IMG/VR virus record: IMGVR_UViG_3300035703_000003
Direction: 5' to 3' (one strand)
Source: a virus
Taxonomy: Duplodnaviria > Heunggongvirae > Uroviricota > Caudoviricetes
Length of the DNA: 64,000 nt
Positions 54,201 to 63,037 of the stretch are shown here, piece by piece. The position numbers and the translations under genes were made by a program. Every line of letters begins with the position of its first letter. Positions within the stretch are counted from its first letter, which is position 1. The notes under the pieces are model-generated. The model did not search any database. It was not told the DNA's origin and saw only the letters and a program-made list of their open reading frames with translations.

Positions 54201-57033
54201 TTGCCCATGAACTAGCCGTCGACGCATTACCGCTTAGTGCCGCTGTAATTGTTCCTGCAGTAAAGTTACCGCTTGAATCCCTGGCAACTATCGCACTATT
54301 TGTGTTTGAACTTGTAGCAGTAGTTGCAGAATTTGATACTTTACCTGCAGTTGATATTGTTGCTAGTTTTGTGTCAGCTATTGCTGCACTCGAATTTATG
54401 TCTGCGTTTACAATCGAATCCGCAGTAATACCTGCTGATATTGTAATGTCAGCACTTCCGTTAAACGAAGTAGCAGTTCCTGTGACATCTCCGCTTATTG
54501 CAATAGTTCTTGCTGTTGCAAGTGTTGTTGCTGTAGATGCATTTCCGCTTAGTGCTGCAGTGATAGTTCCTGCTGCAAAGTTACCGCTGCTATCACGAGC
54601 AACAACCTTTGACGATGTATTTGTGCTAGTTGCGTCAACTGCTAGCGTTAGTCCAGCGCCTTCACTGCCGCCGTCACCGCCGGTAATATATGAGCCATTG
54701 GTGATACTTGCTACGTAGTTACCGGTTGTATCTGTTCCAAGAGCAACACTATTTGCTGTTATTGTTGCGGTTAATGTTCCGTTTGCTAAATCAGTTAGAG
54801 TTACGCTTCCAGACAAGTCTCCTGCAAGTGTAATAGTAGGATCTGGTTTATTTAAAATATCAGACCAATCTACATTTGCATCTATTGTTCCTTTTGTTCC
54901 ACTAAACACTTCGCTCGTGTTAGTTGCATCTGGAATAAAAGTAAACTTACCTGTGCTATCGTCGAAACCGAAGAATCCTATTTTAGCACTAGTTCCGTTA
55001 TGCCAACGGAATTCTATACCTCTGTCTTTGTTATCGTCTGAGGATGGAGAAGTATCTCCACCTAATGTAATAACAGGATCGTCTATTGTGGTTACAGTTG
55101 AATTAACTGTGGTTGTAGTTCCGTTAACTGTTAAGTTTCCTGTAACAATCAAGTTGTTACCAATTGTTACGTCGTTGGGCAATCCAACAGTTATAGTTTG
55201 GCCACTAGCAACTGCTTCTATTTCATTTGTTGTTCCGGCAATAGTTAAAGTTTGTGTGCTTAAATTAACAGTCCCAGTTCCGGAAGTTCCTGCAATGCTT
55301 AATGTTTGTCCAGAAGATGCAGAGTCAACGTATGCTTTAATGCTTTGTTGAGTAGCAAGAGCAGTTGCACTATTGCTTGCCATGTTATCTTCATCTAAGA
55401 TACTATTAATAAGTGTAGTAGAATTGATTGTTAAACTAGAAGATACAGTCAATGCACCAGTTAATGCAAGTGTAGATCCGTTAAATGTTAGATTAGCACT
55501 GTCTTGTAGTTCACCACTACTACCAGCATAAACTACACGGTTTGCTGTTAGATCAGTTACGCTAGCACTTGCTAATGTAGTTTGACCAGTAACGCCTAAT
55601 GTTCCTGTAATCGCAGTATCACCAGATGCAACAGCTACAGTAAACTTATTTGTAGCAATTGCAAAAGTAGTATTGTCAAAAGTTAAATTTGCATTATCTT
55701 GTAATCTGCCTGCAGTTCCGACATATACTAATCTATTCGAAACAAGGTCTGATACTTTTAAATTTGCAACAGTTGTAGCACCATTGACATCTAGTGTGCC
55801 AGCAACTAATGTGTTACCGGTTGTAGCGTTTACTGTAAACTTGTTTGTAGCAACATCGAAGTTTCCGTCTACACCTGTTGCGCCAGTGACATCTAATGTG
55901 CCGGCAACTGCAGTATTACCAGTTGTAGCGTTAACTGTAAACTTGTTTGTAGCAACATCGAAGTTTCCATCTATGCCGGCTGCACCAGTGACATCTAATA
56001 TTCCAGCAATTGCTGTATTACCCGATGTAGCATTTACTGTAAACTTGTTTGTAGCAATGTCAAAGTTTCCATCAATACCTACTGCGCTAGTAACATCTAG
56101 TGTTCCAGCAATTGCTGTATTGCCTGAAGCGGCATTTACTGTAAACTTATTTGTAGCAACATCAAAACTTCCGTCTACACCTAATGATCCGGTTACATCC
56201 AATGCACCTGCAATTGCAGTATTACCTGATGAAACGTTTACTGTAAATTTGTTTGTAGCAATTGCAAATGTAGTTGCATCAAATGTTAAATTAGCATCGT
56301 CATCTAACTCGCCATCAACGGTTGCTATAATAATTCTATTACTAGTTAAGTTACTAACTTTAAGTTTACTTGCAATTACATCTCCGGTTCCGTTTGGAGT
56401 TATATTGATATTACCGTTTGTATTTGTGCTAGTGATAGCATTACCGTCAATTCTAATATTATCAATATTAAACTGTCCAGTAACATTAGCTGTTCCTGCT
56501 AATGCTAAAGTTGAACCGTTAAATGTTAAATTTGCGCTGTCTTGTAATTCTCCACTAGTTCCTGCATATGTAATACGATTATTTGTTAAATCGCTTATGT
56601 TAGCACTTGCTAATGTAGTTTGACCGGTAACGCCTAGTGTTCCTGCAATTGCAGTATTACCGTTAGAATTAGTTATTACAAACTTGTTTAGTAATGCACC
56701 GTATCTGAAATCACCGTTTTCGTCTATTTGTAATCTATGACTTCCATTTGTGTAAAAGTCTAAATCATTGTTATTAGCACCTGGAGCAGTTTCAGCAATA
56801 ATATACGTGTTGCCATCAACGTCTTTAACACCGCCAAGACTTGTCCAGTTTGTGTTGACATATCCTTCAAACGATTGTAGAGTAGAGTTAAATCTTATTT
56901 CACCTGAGTTAGGAGTATTTGGACGTTCAAACGTTGTTCCTGACGGAATTCTAATACTACCAGTATTATTAATAGTTATAGTCTCGGTATTAGAGCTAAT
57001 TCTATTTCGTTGGTGGTCAAAATTTAATGCCAT
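51217..57033 (-). CDS. Giant tail fibre protein 2 (1938 aa), repeat-rich
   Basis: Six approximately 34-aa N-terminal repeats (TNKFTVNA(T/S)SGNTAIAG(T/I)LDVTG...GNFD(I/V)A). Shares the conserved IDDPVITLGGDTSPSSDDNKDRGIEFRWHNGTSAKIGFFGFDDSTGKFTFIPDA block and the ~100-aa tandem repeats with 39143..47161. Confidence 0.75.
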   Translation of the reverse strand: MALNFDHQRNRISSNTETITINNTGSIRIPSGTTFERPNTPNSGEIRFNSTLQSFEGYVNTNWTSLGGVKDVDGNTYIIAETAPGANNNDLDFYTNGSHRLQIDENGDFRYGALLNKFVITNSNGNTAIAGTLGVTGQTTLASANISDLTNNRITYAGTSGELQDSANLTFNGSTLALAGTANVTGQFNIDNIRIDGNAITSTNTNGNINITPNGTGDVIASKLKVSNLTSNRIIIATVDGELDDDANLTFDATTFAIATNKFTVNVSSGNTAIAGALDVTGSLGVDGSFDVATNKFTVNAASGNTAIAGTLDVTSAVGIDGNFDIATNKFTVNATSGNTAIAGILDVTGAAGIDGNFDVATNKFTVNATTGNTAVAGTLDVTGATGVDGNFDVATNKFTVNATTGNTLVAGTLDVNGATTVANLKVSDLVSNRLVYVGTAGRLQDNANLTFDNTTFAIATNKFTVAVASGDTAITGTLGVTGQTTLASASVTDLTANRVVYAGSSGELQDSANLTFNGSTLALTGALTVSSSLTINSTTLINSILDEDNMASNSATALATQQSIKAYVDSASSGQTLSIAGTSGTGTVNLSTQTLTIAGTTNEIEAVASGQTITVGLPNDVTIGNNLIVTGNLTVNGTTTTVNSTVTTIDDPVITLGGDTSPSSDDNKDRGIEFRWHNGTSAKIGFFGFDDSTGKFTFIPDATNTSEVFSGTKGTIDANVDWSDILNKPDPTITLAGDLSGSVTLTDLANGTLTATITANSVALGTDTTGNYVASITNGSYITGGDGGSEGAGLTLAVDATSTNTSSKVVARDSSGNFAAGTITAALSGNASTATTLATARTIAISGDVTGTATSFNGSADITISAGITADSIVNADINSSAAIADTKLATISTAGKVSNSATTATSSNTNSAIVARDSSGNFTAGTITAALSGNASTASSWANSRTITLGGDLSGNVSIDGSANVTLTATIVADSVALGTDTTGNYVASITNGSYITGGNGGSEGAGLTLAVDATSTNTASKVVARDSSGNFAAGTITAALSGNATTATTLATSRTISLGGDLSGSASFNGSADITITATIAADSVALGTDTTGNYVASLVAGTGVTLSNNTGEGATPTIAIGQDVSTTANVTFNNGLFDGNVTIDGNLSVGGTTTTTTAANLSVTDNMIYMNQAILTTITNVVGDGTNVVYTTNEVHNYTPGMSVSIIGVDPSAYNLSNQTITAVATNSFTIANTATGSYVSGGTARARTNANPDLGFAFGYYDTSYQHGGFFRDASDGYFKVFKGYTPEPDVSPFIDTSHASFALADIQAANFRGALVGNASTATTLATARNIAISGDVTGTATSFNGSADITISAAITADSIVNADINSAAGIVDTKLATISTAGKVSNSATTATSSNTNSAIVARDSSGNFSAGTVTAALSGNATTATTLQTARNIAISGDVTGTATSFNGSADITISAAITADSIVNADINSAAAIADTKLATISTAGKVSNTATTATNANTANAIVARDASGNFTAGTITAALSGNATTATTLQTARNIGGVSFDGSANIDLPGVNTTGNQNTTGSAATLTTTRTLWGQNFNGSANVTGSLTSVTTLNMNNQLTNTIATGTAPFVITSTTRVSNLNVATAGNADTLTTARNIAISGDVTGTATSFNGSADITISAAITADSIVNADINSAAAIADTKLATISTAGKVSNSATTATSSNTNSAIVARDSSGNFTAGTITAALSGNATTATTLQTTRTLWGQNFDGSANVSGNLTGVGNITGSSAITITAGGSDQNITLTPTGTGYTLLNGNVGINTSTPAEKLHVDGAIRIDSTYNLDSATATLATVTQTSIASFSATTFGGGKVVIQARDTVSGARSITEMLIVHNGTTASATQYAMVNTGASDLAAYDVDISSGNVRILATQVSTNSTQYKIVQTLLLA
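51800..54730 (-). repeat. Repeat copies in fibre gene 2 homologous to those in 39950..45360
   Basis: Antisense ORFs 51914..52276, 52322..53098, 53795..54073 and 54083..54718 encode peptides near-identical to antisense ORFs in the first fibre gene. Confidence 0.7.
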
Positions 57034-57079
57034 TCTACTCTCACTTGTTTATAATATTTATCGCATTGAATACGTTCTA

Positions 57080-57808
57080 TTACGGCACTAATAACAACTT
57101 AGTATATCCACTACCAATGGCTGCAGTATTAGAACCACCATATGGATTAGCGGTTGCTTCTGCTGTTAATGCCGATGTAGGTACAATAAAGTTGCCTGTA
57201 TAAACAGCAAGTCCTTTTACTAGACGGAAGTTAGTGATAGCACCAACAAATGCTGCATTAGTTGCATAAGTGTTAGTATTTCCTACTACAAATGGAGTTA
57301 TAGTATCATTGATATTGTCGGTGTTAGAAATTGTTAATCCTAAGAGCGTTCCGTTACGATATACACTAAGAGTTGTTCCTGATCTTACTACTGCAAAGTG
57401 ATACCAAGTGTCGATAGTAGTAGCACCGGCACTATTGTAATCTGTATCAGCATCGCCGCCACTCCAGAAGTAGAACGTTCCAGTTTCAATACTGACACCA
57501 AAGTCTATAGCAGGATAATCACCAACAGTAAACACACGTTGAAATTGCGATAAAGTAGTCTGGCGACTAAACCATTCTACAGTAAAATCTCCGGTGCCCA
57601 TAGCCCAATCGACACTAGCTGGTGTTTCTATATAACTATTCACACTTGAACTAAAGATATAACTGTTACCGCCACCTGAGAATGGACTGATAGCAGATGT
57701 TGTAACTGCTGATCCTATAGTAAGTGTAGGATTAGAAAATGAAGGAGGTGCAGGTGTTATAACTTTCCTACGACCGAAACTAAAAGAACCTGAGAAACTA
57801 CTGAGCAT
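57080..57808 (-). CDS. Putative fibre-tip or receptor-binding protein with concanavalin/LamG-like jelly-roll signature
   Basis: 242 aa. Segment ...WFSRQTTLSQFQRVFTVGDYPAIDFGVSIETGTFYFWSGG...YRNGTLLG resembles lectin/LamG-type folds. Call is compositional only. Confidence 0.35.
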   Translation of the reverse strand: MLSSFSGSFSFGRRKVITPAPPSFSNPTLTIGSAVTTSAISPFSGGGNSYIFSSSVNSYIETPASVDWAMGTGDFTVEWFSRQTTLSQFQRVFTVGDYPAIDFGVSIETGTFYFWSGGDADTDYNSAGATTIDTWYHFAVVRSGTTLSVYRNGTLLGLTISNTDNINDTITPFVVGNTNTYATNAAFVGAITNFRLVKGLAVYTGNFIVPTSALTAEATANPYGGSNTAAIGSGYTKLLLVP

Positions 57809-57809
57809 C

Positions 57810-58928
57810 TTAGAATCCTGTCATCTGTCCAAAGACAGTGTATCCGCCTGAAAATGCTAAAATACTAAATGTCACTACATCGTGTCTATTGCTACTAGGT
57901 GTGGGCGTTGCATTTCCCTGCCAGTTTATGGTCTGAGCACTTCCGCCAATCTGCAGGGCATTTGGATAATAACCTGTGCCGCTTTGATCGATGATGATAG
58001 TTACCGTAGTAGCATAACCCACGCTCAAGTTCAGATTAGTTAGATTCACAGTCCAGTTAGCGTCTGGGCTTGCGTGATAGAATATGTTTCCAGCGGAACA
58101 ATCGTGTGTGACTGTGCCTGTGGCATCTGCTAGTTCCTGATACTTTTCATGTATAGCATCATCAATTTTTAATATAACTGACACTGTAGAAGTTAAGTAA
58201 GAGCTTAAATCTGGCGGAGTATATGTAAACACACCTGTTGTGTTGTTATAAGCAATACTTCCATCACCTGAAGCTGTTCCTTCTGCTCCAACACTGAAAC
58301 TAGAAAGTGTCGTTGCACCAATACCTGCTGGAGTCGGCGGAGTATATGTAAACACACCTGTTGTGTTGTTATAAGCAATACTTCCATCACCTGAAGCTGT
58401 TCCTTCTGCGCCTACGCTTAAAGAAGATAACAATGCAACTGTTCCACTTGCATTAGGCAATGTTATTGTGTTATCTGCTGTTGGATCTGTAACTGTTAAT
58501 GTTGTTTCATTTGCATCAGCAGATGATCCTTCAAACACAATACTGCTACCGTTAATGTTTAAACCTAAAAATGTCGGAGAATCTGAAACAGCCAATCCAT
58601 AAACAGATCCGGTTGCGCTTATATTACCAGCTGCGCTTAGTGTAAAATCTAAATTCAACTGACCTTGTGTAGTGGTAGTTGTATCACTTACACTAACTGC
58701 AACAGTGCCGTTTGCGTCCGGAAGAATAATGTCTCTGTCTGCTGTCACTGTTGTTGCTTGTAACTTTACTTCCCAATCGTCTGGCGTAGTACCTTCAAAT
58801 ATTAACTTAGTTCCTTGACTGATCCAGATATTTCCTTGCGGATATAATGCAATATCAGCATCGCTCTGTATATCTAAATCGTCGTTCTTTTTACCACTAA
58901 TACCTGTAGGAAATCTCGTTTCTGTCAT
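57810..58928 (-). CDS. Structural protein (372 aa) with internal tandem duplication
   Basis: SVGAEGTASGDGSIAYNNTTGVFTYTPP occurs twice, matching a ~110-bp direct DNA repeat near 58200-58420. Confidence 0.55.
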   Translation of the reverse strand: MTETRFPTGISGKKNDDLDIQSDADIALYPQGNIWISQGTKLIFEGTTPDDWEVKLQATTVTADRDIILPDANGTVAVSVSDTTTTTQGQLNLDFTLSAAGNISATGSVYGLAVSDSPTFLGLNINGSSIVFEGSSADANETTLTVTDPTADNTITLPNASGTVALLSSLSVGAEGTASGDGSIAYNNTTGVFTYTPPTPAGIGATTLSSFSVGAEGTASGDGSIAYNNTTGVFTYTPPDLSSYLTSTVSVILKIDDAIHEKYQELADATGTVTHDCSAGNIFYHASPDANWTVNLTNLNLSVGYATTVTIIIDQSGTGYYPNALQIGGSAQTINWQGNATPTPSSNRHDVVTFSILAFSGGYTVFGQMTGF

Positions 58929-58968
58929 TTCAGCTTCTCCTTGTTATACATATTTATTTAAAAATCCA

Positions 58969-59002
58969 TAAAAAAACAGGGTCCGAAGACCCTGTTCTTA
59001 TT
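58969..59002. terminator. Strong bidirectional rho-independent terminator downstream of the major capsid gene
   Basis: CAGGGTC-CGAA-GACCCTG hairpin flanked by A7 and T-rich runs. Confidence 0.7.
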
Positions 59003-59018
59003 TGTAGTTTACAAACTA

Positions 59019-60176
59019 TTAGCTGAAGCTTAGGTTTGCAGTTGTAACAGCAATCTTGCTTAGGTAGTCTGCAGCGTTACCAAGAGATGAAGCTTGGTTG
59101 CTTAGTTCTACATAACCATAACGTGTCATGAAGCTAACTACTGGCTCGAATGTGCTTGGATCTAGAACAGTTCCTGAGCTCATTAGAGGAATGTATGGGC
59201 AATAGAATGCCGCTGCGTCAGTTTCGGTTGAACCCTTATAACCAACTAGGACGTCATCGTTTGCTGCATACTGGTTTACATAAACCTTCATAGTGCCATT
59301 TAGAGTACCGACAAACTTGGTGTTAGTTGGTGCTTCGAATGGGCCTTCAGTTGTTCTTGCGAAAGCTGAAGTAGTTGCTGACTGTAGTACAGTTAGAACA
59401 GTTGGGCTAACAACTACCCAGTTACCTGCACCACGACGTGTGCGGGCTGCGATAGTGTTTGCATTCTTGTTGATTAGAACTGCTAGTGCAGCATGTTCGT
59501 CACCAACGAAAGTTGCAGTGCCGCTTACGCCAGCTTGGTTGTAAGTATCAGCTGCAGTGCCTGCTAGTGAACTTAGGCTTGCAATGATTTCCTGATCGAT
59601 TTCAGCAGTGATTTCTTGTGCAAGTGCTTGCATGATTTCTGCTTCAACGTCTAGGCCGTGCATTGCGTTAGCATCTTGAGCAGCTTCAAAAGTCCAACGT
59701 GCTGATAGCTTACGTGTTTTAGCTTCAACAGTTTGCTTTAGAACTTGGATGCTTAGTTTCTTACCAGCAACACCTTCTAGTGCGCTTGTAGAATCCGCAC
59801 GGTTAGTGCTTGCGTTACCTGAGTAACCAGTTGCAATTGCGAATGGGCTTAGAGCTTCATCGCCTGCAGTTGCTGAGTCAAATGTTTCAGCGTAACGAAC
59901 ACGTAGAGTGTGGATTTGGCCTACTGGGCCAGTCATTGGCTGCACACCAACGATCTCGTTGGCGATAACAGTTGGCATTACACGACGGATAACTGGAAGG
60001 ATAACTTTGTTAAGTGTAGCAATGTTACCAGCTTGTGTTGCACCTGAGGATGCAGATTCTGCAAGGTATCTCTTGGTATTCTCAAGAGTTGTTTCCATTA
60101 CTTTTTTCTTTGTTCCAGTAAGACCATCGGTAAGGGCTTCTTTGGTAGCTGACCAATTTTCAAATAGGTTGCTCAT
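59019..60176 (-). CDS. Major capsid protein (gp23-like)
   Basis: IANEIVGVQPMTGPVGQIHTLRVRY matches T4 gp23 IAFDICGVQPMNSPTGQVFALRAVY. C-terminal VYVNQYA...VGYKG...FYCPYIP...FEPVVSFMTRYGY matches T4 VYIDQYA...VGYKG...YYAPYVA...FQPVMGFKTRYGI. Confidence 0.9.
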   Translation of the reverse strand: MSNLFENWSATKEALTDGLTGTKKKVMETTLENTKRYLAESASSGATQAGNIATLNKVILPVIRRVMPTVIANEIVGVQPMTGPVGQIHTLRVRYAETFDSATAGDEALSPFAIATGYSGNASTNRADSTSALEGVAGKKLSIQVLKQTVEAKTRKLSARWTFEAAQDANAMHGLDVEAEIMQALAQEITAEIDQEIIASLSSLAGTAADTYNQAGVSGTATFVGDEHAALAVLINKNANTIAARTRRGAGNWVVVSPTVLTVLQSATTSAFARTTEGPFEAPTNTKFVGTLNGTMKVYVNQYAANDDVLVGYKGSTETDAAAFYCPYIPLMSSGTVLDPSTFEPVVSFMTRYGYVELSNQASSLGNAADYLSKIAVTTANLSFS

Positions 60177-60188
60177 TTTTCGGTCTCC

Positions 60189-61283
60189 TTAGTTTAGTCC
60201 GGCTAGTTTGCGAAGGTTTACAATATTGGCATCGACTGCAGCTTCTGCTACACTTTGCTTATTACCTGTGACTTCTTTTGCAGATTCGCTCAGGACCTTC
60301 TTAGTTTCTACTTTTTTAGTATCTTCCCTCAATACAGATGGTAGATACTTGTTGAATGCACTTTGCAGTTCTTTTGTTTGAACGCTTTCAAGTAATGCAC
60401 CCATTATTTCTTTATGCTGCTTTGAAAGTGGAGACATCATTTCATTCATGATGGCTTTTCTTTCTGATTTGTCTGCTACAATACGAGCATTACGTGCTGA
60501 TTCTTGTAGTTGAACATCTTTTGCAGCGATAGTTTTTGAAGCTTCATTTAGTTTGCTGCTTAGTTCGTTGACTTTTTTGTTTAGTTTTGCAGTTTCAGTG
60601 CCTTCGTTAAGCATACTGCTCATAAACTCAGCTGCAAATGTTTCAAATATCTTACGGCCGAAAGTGTTTTGCTTTGCGACATGGATATCTTCACGTAGTA
60701 CAGTAAGTTCTTTCTTGATAGTTGATTCAAGAATAGAATTTACTTTCTTTGCAGCGTTTTCAACAAACTCACGCTTTGCAGACTCGATTACAGCCTTGCC
60801 TTCTTTTATCATTTTGACTTTAGCTTCAACTAGTGAGCGTTTGTCTTCATGAAACTCGTTTAGCTCTTTGGTAAGTTGCTCAAGAACAAAACCCTCTAAT
60901 GTGGTCATATTTGCTTTTTGAGCGTTACGATCTTCGCGAAGTTCGGAAACTTCTTTACGAAGTGCTTCCATTACAAACCCATCAAGAACCTTTGCGTGTT
61001 CCATCATATGCTTGCGGTAAGCTACACGATCTTCAGCTAACTTGGATTTGTCTGCTTTGAACTCGTTAAGTTCTGCAGCAATGACATCACCTAGCATCGA
61101 ATCCATTGCTTCTACAATTTGCGACTTGTCATTTTCATAACGTTGTGCAAATTCTTCTCTAAGTTCTGCTGTGATTTGTTCACGTGCTTCACTTAGTTGT
61201 GCTTGCCATGCTTCGTTGATTGAAGATCTTACCTCTTCGGAGAGCGTCTTTGAGCTTAATAGTTCATCTATTGCGTGAGCCAT
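60189..61283 (-). CDS. Prohead scaffolding protein (gp22-like), coiled-coil, C-terminal LRKLAGLN
   Basis: 364 aa with all-helical, charged heptad-like composition, positioned between the protease and MCP genes as in T4. Confidence 0.6.
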   Translation of the reverse strand: MAHAIDELLSSKTLSEEVRSSINEAWQAQLSEAREQITAELREEFAQRYENDKSQIVEAMDSMLGDVIAAELNEFKADKSKLAEDRVAYRKHMMEHAKVLDGFVMEALRKEVSELREDRNAQKANMTTLEGFVLEQLTKELNEFHEDKRSLVEAKVKMIKEGKAVIESAKREFVENAAKKVNSILESTIKKELTVLREDIHVAKQNTFGRKIFETFAAEFMSSMLNEGTETAKLNKKVNELSSKLNEASKTIAAKDVQLQESARNARIVADKSERKAIMNEMMSPLSKQHKEIMGALLESVQTKELQSAFNKYLPSVLREDTKKVETKKVLSESAKEVTGNKQSVAEAAVDANIVNLRKLAGLN

Positions 61284-61284
61284 A

Positions 61285-61923
61285 TTAATCTCTCCTATAC
61301 TTTAAGTTGGTTATAAGTTTTGTTACCTCTTCTTGAAGGTAACGTTGTGCTTTTGCATCATGCTTAACAGCACTAGCAACATCCATTAATACATTTCCAC
61401 GTCTATGATTCATAATTCTTTCATAGATTGGATCAGGATATGCATCTGGGGCGCTCGGATTAGCAACTATGTCGACAGTGATTATTTCGAAGTCTTTGAC
61501 ATGTCCATTTTCACTTACGTTGCCGCTTCCCCGACTGGAAACGCCCAGTTTTACTCCACTTTCCAATAAGGTTTTACAAATATTTCCCATTGGAGTTGGC
61601 AGAATTTTTAGTTTACCTACACCATTAGCACCGTCGATATCCATCTCGGTGATAATGTGACTTACACGATCAAGGTTGATGTTTAAATCATCAGGGTGAT
61701 CAGCCTCACCTAAAACGCTATATCCTTTTTTGATTTTTTCATTAATAACTTTTACAGCTTTATGAATTTCATCTTTTGGATAAATGCGATTGTTTTGATT
61801 ACGCACATCACCTTCGATAAAAATACCTTTCATATACAAGCTCTTACCGCTAGCTTCGTCTATAGCTTCGGTAATAATATTTGCTTGATTAAATGTTAGG
61901 TGCTCGGTGAGTGGCTTAAACAT
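61285..61923 (-). CDS. Prohead core protease (gp21-like)
   Basis: 212 aa, the same length as T4 gp21. Blocks GEADHPDD, RVSHIITEM, LGVSSRGSG and DIVANPS match the gp21/U9-family pattern. Confidence 0.8.
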   Translation of the reverse strand: MFKPLTEHLTFNQANIITEAIDEASGKSLYMKGIFIEGDVRNQNNRIYPKDEIHKAVKVINEKIKKGYSVLGEADHPDDLNINLDRVSHIITEMDIDGANGVGKLKILPTPMGNICKTLLESGVKLGVSSRGSGNVSENGHVKDFEIITVDIVANPSAPDAYPDPIYERIMNHRRGNVLMDVASAVKHDAKAQRYLQEEVTKLITNLKYRRD

Positions 61924-61924
61924 A

Positions 61925-62668
61925 TTACTTCATCTCTCTTTTTGGTGCTGGTGCTGAACTTAGCTTTGCTCCGCCTTCTGGGCCTTTAACGCTCATTTGC
62001 TTTGCTGCTGGTGCTTTACCACCGGTTTCGACTTTAGTGTCAGTTGGGTGTGGCTTTGCATCAGTTGGACCTTTGCCGCCTTTACCTACTGGTGACTTTG
62101 CACTGTTGTCGCTACCGTCTGCCATGTTTGCTTTTACTGACTTAAGAGCAACTGATTCGCCGAATGCTTTCATGCTTTCGTCTTCATCACCTTCTTCTGC
62201 TTCTTCGTCGCCTTCTTCTGCATCACCCATTAGGTCTGCAAATGCTGCACGAAGTTCTGCAATAGCATCTTCAACATTTGCTAATGCTGCTTCTGCGTCA
62301 GAGTCGTCGCCTTCCATGTCGTCTTCTGCGCCCATGTCGTCATCAGCACCCATATCGAATGATAGTTCGTCTGATGCTTCATCGTCGTCCATTTCTTCTG
62401 CATCGAAAATTTCTTCGTTATCGATTTCTTCTTCTGCAGTTTCGATGTCGCTAAGGAAATCGTCTTCCTCATCGCTTACATCGATTGTTTCGTCTAGATC
62501 TTCGTCTTGAATTTCTTCTTCGACTTCTTCATCACTTTCAGTAATAGCTGACCAGTGATTCTTTGCTTTTTCAACAAAGATAGTGTGTAGAAGGTCAGAT
62601 GCCTTCTCACGCTCGTCGTTAACAAGATATTCAAGGACTTTAACTAGTGAATCCTTGTGATTGCTCAT
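61925..62668 (-). CDS. Highly acidic prohead core or internal protein
   Basis: 247 aa. Contains long D/E runs (DDDMGAEDDMEGDD) and a basic G/K-rich C-terminus. Position corresponds to T4 gp68/gp67. Confidence 0.55.
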   Translation of the reverse strand: MSNHKDSLVKVLEYLVNDEREKASDLLHTIFVEKAKNHWSAITESDEEVEEEIQDEDLDETIDVSDEEDDFLSDIETAEEEIDNEEIFDAEEMDDDEASDELSFDMGADDDMGAEDDMEGDDSDAEAALANVEDAIAELRAAFADLMGDAEEGDEEAEEGDEDESMKAFGESVALKSVKANMADGSDNSAKSPVGKGGKGPTDAKPHPTDTKVETGGKAPAAKQMSVKGPEGGAKLSSAPAPKREMK

Positions 62669-62830
62669 TTGTTAATCTCCTTAAAAAAATTTACAGGCTT
62701 ACCAAGATGGTTTACAGTTTTATTTAGCAACCAAGACAGTTTACCTGCTCAAATGGTAGTAAAAACAGCACTTTTTGATTAAACTACTTTGTATAAGTAG
62801 TTTTTGTGCTGTTTTACAATTTTTAAAATG

Positions 62831-63037
62831 TTATTCGGCTGCTGGTTTAGAATAGATGTCTTTAATACTTTCTATTCTAGATGCATATTCCGTAGCATGA
62901 ACTTCACGTTGTTTACGCAATCTGTTAAGATGCTTTAACGTTAATCTACTACGGCGAGTATCGTCTATTTTACGATTACTGTAATCGTTGTCTTCTGCAT
63001 CATAATACTCAATTAAAAACTCGTTACTACGCATCAT
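62831..63037 (-). CDS. Small prohead-associated protein (gp67-like by position)
   Basis: 68-aa ORF between the portal and core-protein genes. Confidence 0.4.
   Translation of the reverse strand: MMRSNEFLIEYYDAEDNDYSNRKIDDTRRSRLTLKHLNRLRKQREVHATEYASRIESIKDIYSKPAAE

Noticed and set aside
39240-57091. Many plus-strand ORFs inside the giant fibre genes (for example 39972..40367, 40998..41516, 43863..44348, 44877..45350, 52322..53098, 54083..54718, 55673..56623)
   Set aside because: They lie antisense to long, convincingly coding minus-strand genes and are rich in A/V/L/P, the composition expected from the reverse complement of S/T/G/N-rich repeats. They recur because the underlying DNA repeats recur. 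I used them only as evidence of nucleotide repeats.
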